Below are positions 21,829 through 35,244 of a DNA stretch of 37,482 bases, piece by piece. The DNA comes from Octopus sinensis (Eukaryota): NCBI RefSeq assembly GCF_006345805.1, contig NW_021835897.1, forward strand, positions 1 through 37,482. Direction: 5' to 3'. Below the pieces are notes generated by a model. The model made no database searches, had not been told where the DNA came from, and saw only the letters and a list, made by a program, of their open reading frames with translations. How positions within the stretch are numbered: position 1 is the stretch's first letter; the number at the start of each line of letters is the position of its first letter. The position numbers and the translations under genes are program-made.

Positions 21829-22844
21829 CATATATGTATATACATACGTACATACATACATACATTCATACATACATACACACATAATACAGACATACAT
21901 GCATAGAGACGCACACACACACACAAAACTATTATTAATGTTTATTTTACAATCTTTCTACCCAGCTGACGACTCTAACCAACAACCAAACATTTTTCTA
22001 CAAAACAAAAAAGCAACAGAAAATAGAACGAAAGAAAGAAACTAACTAGCAAAAGAAAAAAGTAAAAAGACCAACAATGACAGCAAAACAACGGAGTGGC
22101 CTGCAACACCAACGAACTAGTTTGTATAGTCTGTATTATTCTTCCCTTTCAACAAAGAATTACTGCAAAAGAAGAAACAATTTTACGAATCAGATCTTAA
22201 CACCAATTAAATACTTTTTCATGTTGCGATTTTTACAAAAATGTATTTTAGTTGTTGATTATTGTTGCTGTTGCTGTTGCTTGCTGTATTTTTATGTATG
22301 TCTTCTGTTAGTTCTTTAACTTCGTTGCATTTCATTCGTTGTATTTTTTAACCTTTGTTCCTGATTTTTTTTTGTCCGGTTATTTTGTAACTGTCATGTC
22401 TTTCTTCTTTTTTTTCTTTTAAATTTTATTTTCTATTCACTGCAAAACACACCTGTTGCTAAATCTTTACTCAGTTTAGTCGTTACTCTGGTTACATACT
22501 ATGCACAATCGTAATGTCTGCCATTCGTTCTTATAATAACAACCAGCAGAAAACTGTCCGAAAAGGAGGTTTTTCTGCTAACTGAACACAATTTGGCCGA
22601 CATTGGATTAAATTTATAATTTCACGACATGCTTTTACAGATACGTGTTTAGAAAATACTGACATAAAGAGAGTGAGAGAGAGAGAGAGAGAAGAGAGAG
22701 AGATTGAGAGAAACAGACAGACAAACAGAGACAGAGAATGACACTTAGAAAATTCTATCTCGTAATAAATTGAAATTAATTAGTTTCCTGTAATTAAAAT
22801 CTTCAATAATAAAACCTTGGAAATGACATTTCCATAAATATATA

Positions 22845-23024
22845 CCGAATTTTAACGTGTATAAGGAGCCCTAGTGTATAAGAAAACCCCTAATTTTGGA
22901 TGCTTAAAATTCGGGGAAAAAATGGTTTTGTAAGGAATTATAATACTATTTATGTATGAGAAATTCCCATATTTTATAACCTAATTTTTGAAAAAAAGGG
23001 TTCCTTATACACGTTAAAGTACGG
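22845..23024. mobile_element. 180-bp MITE, Tc1/mariner superfamily (Tc2/pogo-type TIR)
   Basis: TA-ccgaattttaacgtgtataaggagccc ... gggttccttatacacgttaaagtacgg-TA; TA duplication on both sides. Confidence 0.82.
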
Positions 23025-23346
23025 TAATTGGAATTTTAAGAATTTTCTAGATAGTATAGGTTTTAACAGTTGCTTTCTTTTAGTAAAAGCCACATACTCC
23101 AAACCAACTTAGAAGTAGTTTATTTTTTAGGTTATCAATCATCTTTGCTTTTGATTTCAGCGAACTGAACAGAACGCATTTCTTTCTGTTTTATACCCGT
23201 GTTTGAACTATGCACTCCTCTCTCCCGTTCTCCGTGTCTATGTATACCTATCTATGTACATGTACATGATAAATAATAAAGAATATTATATAATATATAT
23301 ATATTATATATATATATATATATATATCGATATATATATAATATAT

Positions 23347-23530
23347 AACGGGAAGGTTTACGAAAATAAACAAAAGACGAAGGCAGGTGGAGTACAAACA
23401 AACAATGTATTAGTATGGCGCTCAGGAATAGAAATAAAACAAGTATTTTAGGTTTCAAGCCTACGCTCTTCGACAGAAAGATACACAGAAAAGAAACAAG
23501 GAGAGAAAAAGTTGCGTGTAGGGGCTAACG
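23347..23530 (-). mobile_element. TA-anchored interspersed repeat, Penelope-like-terminus type (copy 2)
   Basis: Homologous to 6326-6530; minus strand ucuuu-CUGUCGAA-gagc-guag-gcuu-GAAAC-CUA-aaaua at 23444-23481. Confidence 0.6.
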
Positions 23531-23610
23531 ATCCAATATATATATTATAAATATATATATATATAGATCAATAAATGGGTGGTTTTGTGTTGACCGCACG
23601 TGGAGAAATG

Positions 23611-24241
23611 ATAAGCAAGGAAAAATTGTAAAAATGCAGAATGCTAAATTGAAAGAAAATTTTAATGAAATGAGAAATTGATAAAATATATAAATATATA
23701 TTTATTCAAACCGGTTTTCGTCATAATGTGACTTATCAAGAATAGTTAGGTAAAAAAAATTTCTAAAAGTGAGAAAGGGGAAAAAAGAAAGTTGCATTGT
23801 TTTTTGCAAAAGAATAATAATAAATATGTACAAAAATTAAAAAATAAGTACTCCGATACATTGTGAATTCGTTGTGTATCTTGAGTTTAATGATTGTTCA
23901 CGAAAAAATTACCTTGAGGTATTAGGATCCAATGGGATTAAGACCATGTGTTCTTCAGTTCCTGTGTTGTGAATAAGGGGAGACAACTCTTTTGCGTTCT
24001 TCAATTTGTGTTTCTCAAACTCCCCTGCAATAAAGGCTGCTAATAAACCCCAAATTATAAAATTATCATTTTAGCTTCATTTGCATTATCTTTTTTATAT
24101 AATTGTTTGTTAACTTAACTTTCAGATTTTAACACTTTATTTATATTATTTTCTAATTATATAAATTTGCATGGACCAATTTATAATTACATTTCAGATT
24201 GTTATATCATATATAATAAAAATGATAGTAATAACAACAAT
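23611..24241 (+). repeat. Left arm of ~630-bp inverted repeat
   Basis: Near-identical reverse complement of 24462-25090. Confidence 0.96.
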
Positions 24242-24290
24242 GAAAAATTCCAAACACAACTTAATATGCAAACTCCTCGTTGATCAAACT

Positions 24291-24416
24291 TCCTTTTTCT
24301 ACCTCATTCTTCATGGATGGACTAACACAAATATATAAGGATACCATGCATTCTCCTTTTTCTACCTCATTCTTCATGGATGGACTAACACAAATATATA
24401 AGGATACCATGCATTC
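24291..24416. repeat. Perfect 63-bp tandem duplication in the spacer of the inverted repeat
   Basis: tcctttttctacctc...ccatgcattc at 24291-24353 and 24354-24416. Confidence 0.96.
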
Positions 24417-24461
24417 ATCACTTCAAGCTAAAACTTATATTCTTTAAATATCATTTTTACT

Positions 24462-25090
24462 ATTGTTGTTATTACTATCATTTTTATTATATATGATATA
24501 ACAATCTGAAATGTAATTATTAATTTTGTCCATGCAAATTTATATAATTAGAAAATAATATAAATAAAGTGTTAAAATCTGAAAGTTAAGTTAACAAACA
24601 ATTATATAAAAAAGATAATGCAAATGAAGCTAAAATGATAATTTTATAATTTGGGGTTTATTAGCAGCCTTTATTGCAGGGGAGTTTGAGAAACACAAAT
24701 TGAAGAACTCAAAAGAGTTGTCTCCCCTTATTCACAACACAGGAACTGAAGAACACATGGTCTTAATCCCATTGGATCCTAATACCTCAAGGTAATTTTC
24801 GTGAACAATCATTAAACTCAAGATACACAACGAATTCACATGTATCGGAGTACTTATTTTTAATTTTTGTACATATTTATTATTATTCTTTTGCAAAAAA
24901 ACCATGCAACTTGCTTTTTTTCCCCCTTTCTCACTTTAAAATTTTTTTTTACCTAACTATTCTTGATAAGTCACATTATTACGAAAACTGGTTTGAATAA
25001 ATATATATTTATATATTTTATCAATTTCTCATTTCATTAAAATTTTCTTTCAATTTAGCATTCTGCATTTTACAATTTTTCCTTGCTTAT
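24462..25090 (-). repeat. Right arm of ~630-bp inverted repeat
   Basis: Reverse complement of 23611-24241 with few differences. Confidence 0.96.
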
Positions 25091-25130
25091 ATAATATATA
25101 TATATATACATATACATATACATGCATATA

Positions 25131-25740
25131 TGGGTACAGGACGTCACCAATGGTGCAAATAACATGAAATGAATAAACAAATGAGGGGAACCGAATAAAA
25201 TATGTAAATAACAAGAAAAAATAGAAAACAAACAGGACAAGTAAACACAGAGAAAGGACCCTTCATCAGTTGTAGGCTGTCTATCTACTCCTCATTTCGA
25301 GCATTCAATGACAATATGAGTCTTCAAAGACAGTTGCTCTCATAAGTTCTCAAATAAAATTGAGGATTTATGGAGGGTCAAAGTTGGGAACAAAAAATGA
25401 CAATGGAGACATACAAGGAAACCAACGAAAACAAACATGGATGGTCGTTAGATCAGAACGAGAAGAAAATAGTGAACGCTGGGAGAAGCATTTTTTGAAA
25501 AGAGAAAAGATAGAAGAGAGGGAGAGAAAATACGTCCGTTCTTTTCAACGTCCGTGCAGGAAAAGAAAGATGGTCACGTGAGAAAAAGAAAGATGGACGA
25601 TGGTCACGTGTAAGCAACGAGAGAGAGAGAGAAAGAGAAAGAAAGGTGGGGAGATAGATAGATAGAAAACAGTGAAGGAAGGAGGGAGAGTAAACGGGAA
25701 TTAGAGAAGGATGGAAGAAGAAAACTATATATACTATTAT
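25131..25740 (-). mobile_element. TA-anchored interspersed repeat related to 14308-14980
   Basis: Starts (TA)n-gggtacaggac, contains cccttcatcagt..ctactcctcatttcgagc..tcttcaaagacag, purine-rich tail; distant homology. Confidence 0.6.
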
Positions 25741-25786
25741 ACATACTTTTATTCGGGGAATAACGTGTAGTTGAAAGAGATATTAA

Positions 25787-25834
25787 GTTTGTATCTTGGG
25801 ACGTCTGTATCTTGGGATGTCTGTACGTTGGGAC
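25787..25834. repeat. Three 16-bp tandem units tgtatcttgggacgtc-like
   Basis: Direct reading. Confidence 0.8.
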
Positions 25835-25989
25835 AATAAAAACATAATGGGGACGAACACCAACACCCTAAGTTGCTGGCTCGAATAATAGTTTTGACAT
25901 ATCTTTCTCAGCATGAAACCAATGATTGTCTTATGCTGTTATACACCACTGGTCACAACGCATTTTCACATCGTTTTTTAGCATTCGAG

Positions 25990-26205
25990 TGATGCCAACC
26001 GGCTGGTTAGACAAACTGGTTGGGATTCCCCACTGATCGGAAGCCTAGTCCGTCGCAGGGTGGCTCATTTACAGCTGAGTGGACTGCAGCAACATGAAAT
26101 GGAGTGCCTTGCTCAAGACTTCAACGTGTTGATCGGTCCCGAAATCGAAACAACAATTTAGCGATGGCGACTGCAGCGCACTAACTGGTAGACTACGCAC
26201 CTTCA
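25990..26205 (-). mobile_element. Degenerate SINE family C
   Basis: cagctgagtggactgcagcaacatgaaatggagtgccttgctcaag core and gaaatcgaaac B-box remnant. Confidence 0.78.
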
Positions 26206-26225
26206 CACATATATGCACACACACG

Positions 26226-26267
<42 letters not shown>

Positions 26268-26559
26268 AAACTTACACATATCGCACGCCACGTATAGTAG
26301 TAGGAGAGCGCCATATATACAAATGTATACATACATACATCTGTACATGTATATATATATATGTGTGTATTTGTGTGTATATATATATATATAATTACAT
26401 GCATATATATATATGCATATATACATTTATATATATACATACCTTATACATACTTGTGTGCATATATGTGTGTGTACTTATATGTACATATATACATACA
26501 TTATACATATGTGTGGATGTGTATGTACACCTGTCTGTATCCGTGTTTATATTTCCATC

Positions 26560-26750
26560 GATCCAAAGAGCGCTTATGTCACGTCTCTCCATAACCCTAA
26601 ACTTAGCGGTTCGTCAAATACTAGTCGATTATATAAATGCCAGAATAATATACTGCATATCGGGTTCGATGTTCAAATGTGATTTATTGAATTCTTGAAG
26701 GCGGAAAAACCTGCAAAAACGGATTCCAATTACTGAGAGCAATAAACGGA
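26560..26750 (+). mobile_element. Highly degenerate SINE family A tail
   Basis: cttagcggttcgtcaaa..gggttcgatgttc..ttgaaggcgg resembles family A tail. Confidence 0.5.
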
Positions 26751-26757
26751 TAACGGA

Positions 26758-26829
<72 letters not shown>

Positions 26830-27049
26830 ATGTGATGTATGTATAAACAAACATATATGTATACATTCATACATAGTCATACATATGTGAATCACTTAAT
26901 AATATATCTTTACCAGGATAATATCTTCCGCCCAGAGACACCGAAGAACGATGACGGGGTAAAATAATTATATCGCCTGTATCCAAATACACACACACAC
27001 ACACACACCACACACACACACAACACACACACACACAACACACACATAC

Positions 27050-27106
<57 letters not shown>

Positions 27107-27494
27107 GTGTGTGTGTGTGTGTGTGTATACACATTTATATATGTATATATACATGCACACACACAACACACACACATATAAAGAGATAGAGGGTGGGGAG
27201 TATAGGGACTAAGCGAAGCGAACAGAAAGTAATAAAATGAACGCAAACGGATTGCTTTGTTTTATTTTATTTTAGTCATTTTTTTATGTAAATATAAGGT
27301 AAATAAATAAATATATAAACTAACACATAAATCAAGCAAGAAAGAAATAAAAGAAAGGAAAGAGAAAGAAAGAGAAAGAAATAGCAGTAGAAGGAAGAGA
27401 TAGAAAAAAAAAAGAGAAGAAACTGCCTTTAAAAATATGGCAGTTGAGAAATGCAAAATACAAAAATATAAATATATATAATATAATAATAAAA

Positions 27495-27890
27495 ACCTGT
27501 ATAATCCAGCCCTTATCATCGATTGGATGATAACTACCTTCATCAGAGGATAACCCTTAATGAATCGCAGGCCTAATTTGATCTATGTCCGATTAATCAG
27601 CTCGTAATCCTTTCAATGCTTGTTAGTGAGTTTGCAAATGGCGGACAAGGCGTACATGATGAACAAGAGCGGCGGATAGGAGAGTTCCACTCGCTGGTAA
27701 TAACGCCGCTACGCTTTTTAACACCTCACCGCCAGCCTGTTTGTTTCCATAACGAGGCTTTATAATACACGGCTCAGAAATCGAGCTGTGACTAATCCGC
27801 ATTTAATGCGCAGGCGATGGGGGTGAAAGGCCATTGCAAAAATGTCAATCAGCCAAACCTAATAAGATGCATCATTTTCGAAGCCTTTCC
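27495..27890. promoter_or_regulatory. Candidate developmental enhancer / conserved non-coding element
   Basis: Complex non-repeat island with TAATCC x3 (27502, 27605, 27793), GATTAATC (27591), inverted GATA pair (27513-27533), TGTCAATCA = TGATTGACA (27843-27851). Confidence 0.4.
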
Positions 27891-27899
27891 CCGAAATAT

Positions 27900-28090
27900 G
27901 ATATGATGTGTGATATGTGTGTGCGTGTGTGTGTGTGTGTGTTTGTATGTGTGTGTGTGTGTGTGTACTTGTGTGTGTATGTATATATATGTACGTATGT
28001 TCATATATATCTGTGTGTGTATATGTATACGTATATGTATGCATATATATAGATATATGTATCTATATCTATATATATATTATATGTATA

Positions 28091-28144
<54 letters not shown>

Positions 28145-28469
28145 GTATATATATACATACATGCATACATACACCCATTTGCACATACATAGTCACTTGC
28201 GTACGCAGACGAATATGTATTACATTTTACACATAGCTTCAAAAGCATGTGCATACACGCGCGCGTGCGCCCTCTCCGTAAGTATATACATATATGTATG
28301 CATGTATATATATATATGCATGTATATACATTACAACGCTAAATGATATATGCTTGTGTCGGTATGTGTACGTGTGCGCACGTATGTAAATATGTATATA
28401 CATCGATATGCACTTATGTATATGTGTGTGTGTATATATAAGTGCGTGCAGGTATGTATATATATAATA

Positions 28470-28547
<78 letters not shown>

Positions 28548-28790
28548 TAGATATAGATACATGTGTGAGCATGAGTGTGTGTGGACATAAATACACCAAT
28601 AGATATATCGTGATTCCTGCACATATATGTTTTAACAAAGCATACATACATAGAGAAATATGTGTCTATGTATGTACACATGTACATGTGTATATATCTA
28701 TGTATTATATATATATGCGTACACTCATACACACACACATGCAGACGCTCACGCGCGTGCACGTACTCTCACATACACATATTTGTTGAT
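27900..28790. repeat. Large compound (TG)/(TA)/(TATG) microsatellite field
   Basis: Direct reading. Confidence 0.92.
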
Positions 28791-28864
28791 TATTTGTTTG
28801 TGGAGGTTGTGTATAATACATATTATGCAATAATAGGAATTATACGTAGCATTTGATATCAACC

Positions 28865-29047
28865 TTATCACCATCATCATCATCATCATCGTCGTCGTCG
28901 TCGTCGTCGTCGTCGTTGTCATCATCATCAACGTCGTCGTCTTTGTCATCATCATTGTCATCGTTATCATCATCATCATCATCGTATTCACCATCATCAT
29001 CATCGTCATCACCAGAATCATCATCGTCATCATCATCATCATCATCG

Positions 29048-29100
<53 letters not shown>

Positions 29101-29127
29101 GTCGTCGTCGTCGTCGTCATCGTCACC
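28865..29127. repeat. (CAT)n/(CGT)n trinucleotide mosaic
   Basis: Direct reading; source of poly-S, poly-D and poly-M ORFs. Confidence 0.96.
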
Positions 29128-29639
29128 ACCCTCTACCCCACAGAAATCGTTCACGCGATCGCCTTCAGTATAATTCAGCATTCTGTCTGGACCCTAACCC
29201 TTACTTCCCTAAAACACTAATCACATTCTCCCTGCGCGGCATTTCACTCAACAGATACCCTATCCACAGTTTAGGTGCATGCGTCTCACACTTCTGAGAG
29301 ATATTAGAGTCAAGATGTATCGGCGCTAAATCGGTCCCTTGGAAACATCTATCATGTGGAGAGCGGAAACTTACATGCATGGGAAATTGCTAGTCCTAAT
29401 CACACACACACACACACACACACAAACATACAAAGTAAATATTACTAGGCATCACACACAGACACAGATAAGAGGCTAACTTTGATTGACGGAGGAAAAA
29501 TGACTTCAGACATACGAAAATATAAGCTGGTTCCGACATTGTATATTCATCTAACTATCTTTGCTCAATATTCCAAAGAAGGCCGTTGGGTAGAGTTCTC
29601 ATTTAGTTCCTCTATAGAGTTCTATCAGAAGCAATCGTC

Positions 29640-29900
29640 ATTAGACTTCCCTGCTTGATTCCAAAGTGTGATCGACTGGGACAATAGATATTATTCATCG
29701 ATCTCGTTCCTGGCCTACCTCTAATTCTCCTGCTGGTTTGTTCGGCTTGAAGAAGCTGTGTTGCGATTCTTTCCTGCGGTATTCTCATCGCAACCGACCA
29801 GATATTCTGTCGTAGGAATATTGCTTAGGAGGCTCGCTTGCTTTGTAGACCTCACAAAGGATTATGATTGCTCGCCGAGAAACACGTTGTGGTCTAAAGC
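29640..29900 (+). pseudogene. Old LINE reverse-transcriptase relic
   Basis: LACFVDLTKDYDCSPRNTLWSK resembles [13 protein letters not shown]; TDQIF just upstream in another frame. Confidence 0.6.
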
Positions 29901-30589
29901 AACAACAACAACAACAACACACGAAAACAGCACAAACAACAACAACGCCAATAACATCAAAAACACAAAGAATAACAACGATACCACTAACAACAACGAT
30001 TACATCACCATCACCACTAAAGCAACAACTACAACAACAAGAATTCTAGCGATGATGGCGTTAACCTAACAAGACGGCCATGTTAATATCTTACGGCAGC
30101 CATGACAGTTCTTTATTGATCGGGAAGAAAAAACGCGGAAATAATGGACAACGTCATTGCTGAAGTTGATATGGTTCTTTCTGTCAAAAAAATAGTACAG
30201 TCACAGACTAAAAGCATATCAATTACCAATATGCAAATAATTCACTTATCCAGATTCTTCTTCTTCTCACTGATGACCTCCTGTTTCTTCTTCTCTTTCT
30301 TCGTATCATAATTTCACCTATCTTCTCATTCTTTTCATTCTTTTTATTCTATTATCTTTCATTTAATTCCATCATTTCTTTCACATGCTATTATTATTCG
30401 TTGGATTCTATCTTTCCCACCGTATTCTTTAATTTTCCTCATTCTTAACGCATTCTTTAACTCGTTTCCATGTATAATTCTTTGATTCGTTTCCATGTAT
30501 GATTCTTCCAATTCTTTTATTCTGCCATTCCAAATTTTTCTTACATTCTCACACCGTTTTTTAAAAGTTCTTATTCATTTATTCAATCA

Positions 30590-30995
<406 letters not shown>

Positions 30996-31145
30996 TAATT
31001 ATCTATTGTTACACCTCTCTACCTCTATATAAATCCCCCTATCAACTACACTTTCGTTCCCATATATATGTGTGTATGTATCTGTGTTCGTAAACATACA
31101 CACACATATTATACATACACACACACACATACACACACCCACACA

Positions 31146-31200
<55 letters not shown>

Positions 31201-31329
31201 GCTCTATATGCATATTTATATACAGGTGTCTGTATGAAATCATATACATACCACACACATATATACGACAGGGTTCTGCGTAGTTTCCGTTTACTCAAAC
31301 GATTTGTCGCTTAAACAATAAGAAATTTG

Positions 31330-31530
31330 GTTACGCAAGAAGTTCTTTTAGAAATTCGATTTCAAATCCATAAGAATATTTCGTAGAGAATTTTCCAACG
31401 TCTCGACAAACCCACGTGGATAACGTTTTGTATTATATGCGATGTTTCAAGCCGTACCAGTGTTTGAAATCTGGAAGAAAATCCATCGAAGACGATTCCA
31501 AATCTGGACGCCCGTCTACGGAAAACAATG
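31330..31530 (+). pseudogene. Mariner transposase N-terminal HTH relic
   Basis: LKSGRKSIEDDSKSGRPST (31462-31519) matches mariner F..GR.S.EDD.RSGRPST. Confidence 0.75.
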
Positions 31531-31724
31531 ACAATGGCACTGATAAAGACTGGATTGTGAATGTAGGAAATCGATACAAGGCAGTGAGTGAAGATTCAGA
31601 AGAAGCTTGCATCGGTAAAAGATCTTTTAAAAGAAGGATTGAAGATGTAACGTGTTACTGGACGATTCTAGTGAAAGATGGAGAAATAGAGAACTGAGTC
31701 TGGATTATTTGATTGTCTGAGTAC

Positions 31725-31915
31725 TTTTAGCTTTTACTCGTTTCAGTTAGAGGACTGCGACTATGCTGGAGCATCGCTTTGAAGGGTTTTAGTAAAAAAA
31801 AAAATTGCTCTCGGTACATATTTTAGTCATGTACTTATTCTATCCTTCTCTGTTACCGAACCGCTAAGTAACTGCAGGGATGTAAACAAAATAGCATCGG
31901 TTGTCAAGCGTGGCT
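31725..31915 (-). mobile_element. SINE family A, degenerate 3' part
   Basis: gtttcag..gactgcgactatgctggagcatcgc..ccgaaccgctaag..gcatcggttgtcaagcg. Confidence 0.8.
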
Positions 31916-31992
31916 TGACAGACACAAACACAAAGAAATACATGTGTACATGCATACATACAAACATGCGCGTGTATACATACATACATTCA

Positions 31993-32040
<48 letters not shown>

Positions 32041-32231
32041 TGTGTGTGGGTATATATGTGCGTGTGTGTGTGTGTGTGTATAGATAGATATACATATGTA
32101 TGTATAAATACATATATTTACACATACATTTGTATATGTAAGTGTGGATATGTGTGTATACATACATATACGTATATTCCTTTCTGTTTTTAAAAATGGC
32201 TGTTTTCGGCTGACCTTAAACATCTACCGTC

Positions 32232-32408
32232 ATGACTTCATCTCACATAAATCCTACCGGTGTCACTGTTAATCTGGAAGATGCCAGTGGTGGTCAGTAC
32301 CTCTCCGATTTGCTGTCCAGGCTGCGTCGCTCCTCGAGGGACCAGTCCAAGACACCAAATATTGGAACTAACACTATTACTAGAAACGCTTTGTGAAATA
32401 CGGTCTTG
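32232..32408. other. GC-richer island open on both strands; possible small exon or relic, cadherin-like motif on minus strand
   Basis: Plus 32232-32396 is a 54-aa ATG ORF; minus 32408-32238 reads ..PGQQIGEVLTTTGIFQINSDTGRIYVR*. Confidence 0.25.
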
Positions 32409-32419
32409 TTAAATACAGA

Positions 32420-32762
32420 CAGCTCTGAGTTCCATACATACATCCATCCATCCATCCATCCATCCATACATACATACATACATACATACACACATACGAA
32501 CATTCGTACATACATACATGCATACATATATGCATACATACGTACATACATAAATGCATACATACATACATACATACATACATACATACATACATACATA
32601 CATACATACATACATACATACATACATACATACCCTATTGTTAATGTTGAAATTCCAATGAAGAAGTCTTAGATCTAGGTTAGAAATCGCTTCTTTCTCT
32701 ATTGGCAAGAATTCTTCAAATAGAACTGAACAATGACATGCATACATGCATACATACATACA

Positions 32763-32793
<31 letters not shown>

Positions 32794-32838
32794 GAACATA
32801 CGTATGTATGTATATATGCATGTATGTACGTATGTATG

Positions 32839-32870
<32 letters not shown>

Positions 32871-33420
32871 CGTGCGTGTGTGCCTTCGCACGCGTGTGTA
32901 TGTATGTATGTATGTATGTATGTAAGAACATACATATGTATGCATGTATTTACGCATGTACCTAAGGAGTTTGAAGTTGTGAGCGTATATCTGCGCCAGG
33001 AAACTTAGAGTAATGCGGAACTGAATAAAGTCGTTGTTACACTTTCATTTCCAACTGCATATTTCGACTGTTACTGTCTTCCGTATACTTATCCTCTGCA
33101 TCTATGTATGTGTACGCACATACATACATACAGACATACATACACACATACATAGACACACACATTCATACATTCATGCATACATACATACATACATACA
33201 CACATGCATACATACATACATACATACATACATACATACATACACACACACATACATATATATATATATGCATATGTAAAGGAAAACATACATCTACACA
33301 TATACATACACTCATGCACACACACATACATATATATATACATACTTATACACATACGTAAACAATATACATTTTTATACATACATGTGTGTATGTGTAT
33401 GTCTACATGAGTATGTGTGT
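32420..33420. repeat. (TACA)n/(TATG)n/(TCCA)n microsatellite fields with short unique inserts
   Basis: Direct reading. Confidence 0.92.
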
Positions 33421-34295
33421 ACATGTGTGTGCGGGAGCGTGTTTGCCCTTGCTTGGTTGCTTGCGTGCATGTATACAGGGATGGGTGAGAGGGGGTAAGG
33501 GAATTTTGTTTGATCAGGTAAACCCTCGCCGCAACACACACGCACACACACACACACACAGGTACTCTCCTCACACACATACAGAAACAAGGAAAAACAA
33601 CAACAACAACATGCATATAAACCTAATAATCCCTTTTTATGAGCTTGCTATCCATCTCCATAAAAATTGACAATATTTTTGTTTAGAGTGTGTATTACAT
33701 GTTATATTTCATGCTGCTCACATTTCATGCTTATATTTCATGTTTTCCGTTTTTGTTCGATTTTGTTAGTTGATATATATATATATATTATATATATATA
33801 TATATATATATGTTCGTTGTTTGGAGGGTTTTATTTTTGGCTTTTTTTATCAAAGAAATATCAAACGGAATGGCGTTCGGGATAAAGAGGAAAGGGAGAA
33901 AAAAAAAAGAAAATTTCAAAGAAATAAATGGGAATAAAACAACAACAAGAACAATGCCGAAACAAATTCGTTCTTCTCATCTGGCTTCTAAATTTAACCA
34001 TCAAAATCTCACGCTGTGGTGGTCGCTTCTACGTGGTTACTCTGCATGCTAGAAACAACAGCCGAATTTTCCTCAGTCTACATCAGGCAGTGGCAATCTT
34101 TTTCGAGAAGTGGGACACATGAAACATGGTTCATCACCATGCTGTCCGCACTTATAAAAAATTATACATGTGATTTTTTTTCCCTCGTACAATTAGGCAG
34201 GCAATTCAGAAAGTCTCGCGGGCCGCAGTTTGCTCTGTGACTGCTCTAGAAAAGGATATAGTTTCTAAAGTAACACTGGATATACGATATCTGCA

Positions 34296-34331
<36 letters not shown>

Positions 34332-34542
34332 CCTATCTGTTATAAGCACATGGCTTGAAACTTGCGGGCAGGAGGTAAGTCGATTATATCGACCCCAGTG
34401 CGTGACTGGTACTTATTTAATCGACCCCGAAATGATGAAAGGCAAAGTCGACCTCGGCGGAACTTGAACTCAGAACGTGCAGACAGACGAAATACCGCTA
34501 AGCATTTATCCCGGCGTGCTAACGAGTCTGCCAGCTCGCCGC
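34296..34542 (-). mobile_element. tRNA-derived SINE family B with (ATT)n tail
   Basis: Minus head ggcggcgagctggcag...gagttcaagttccgccgaggtcgac; tail ..ataacagataggattattatt (plus-strand AAT run 34296-34330). Confidence 0.9.
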
Positions 34543-35244
34543 CCAGATAACAGTATTAGAGAGAATGGAAAACCTGGATGGTGATGGGTAGAAGTACTTT
34601 GGGATCCTGGGGCTGGACAATATCTTACGTAAAGAAATGAAAGACAAGGTTATCACTGAATATTTCAAACGCCTTAAACTTCTCTTGAGATCAAAACTCA
34701 ACTCAAGGAACCTTCTGACTGCCATCAACAAATGGGTGGTTTCTGTAGTTCGCTATTGTGCATCCATCCTGAAATGGACACAAGAGGAGATTAACCAACT
34801 CGACCTCACTACCTGAAAGACAATGACAGTGTATGGTGCCCTCCACCCTTAGGCGAATGTACACAGGCTCTACACGAAGCGGTGTAAATGTGGACGTGGG
34901 CTGATTAGCGTATGGGAGTTCATCAACAATGAAAGAAGAAATATGGCAGAATATTTGGTAAACAGCAAACAAGACCTACTACAGTATGTTGCTAATGCAG
35001 AAGGATTTAGCAAAAATGGACTTGAGAGTGCTCATGAATTCCGATCAAGAACAGCCAACGAGAGAGAAGAAACCCTACTCCGTATGGAATTACATGGTCA
35101 GTTCCACCGTGAAACCAACAAATGAAAAGACCAAGAAGCATCATGGAGGTGGATCTGCAAGGGTGACCTAAAAAAGAATACTGAAAGTCTAATCATCGCT
35201 GCCCAGGACCAGGCATTGAACACCAACTCAGTGAAAAAAGAATA

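Noticed and set aside
28853-29173. Poly-Ser ORF ending PPSTPQKSFTRSPSV and antisense poly-Asp ORF
   Set aside because: Almost entirely CAT/CGT repeat; protein-like tail is only ~15 aa with no splice evidence.
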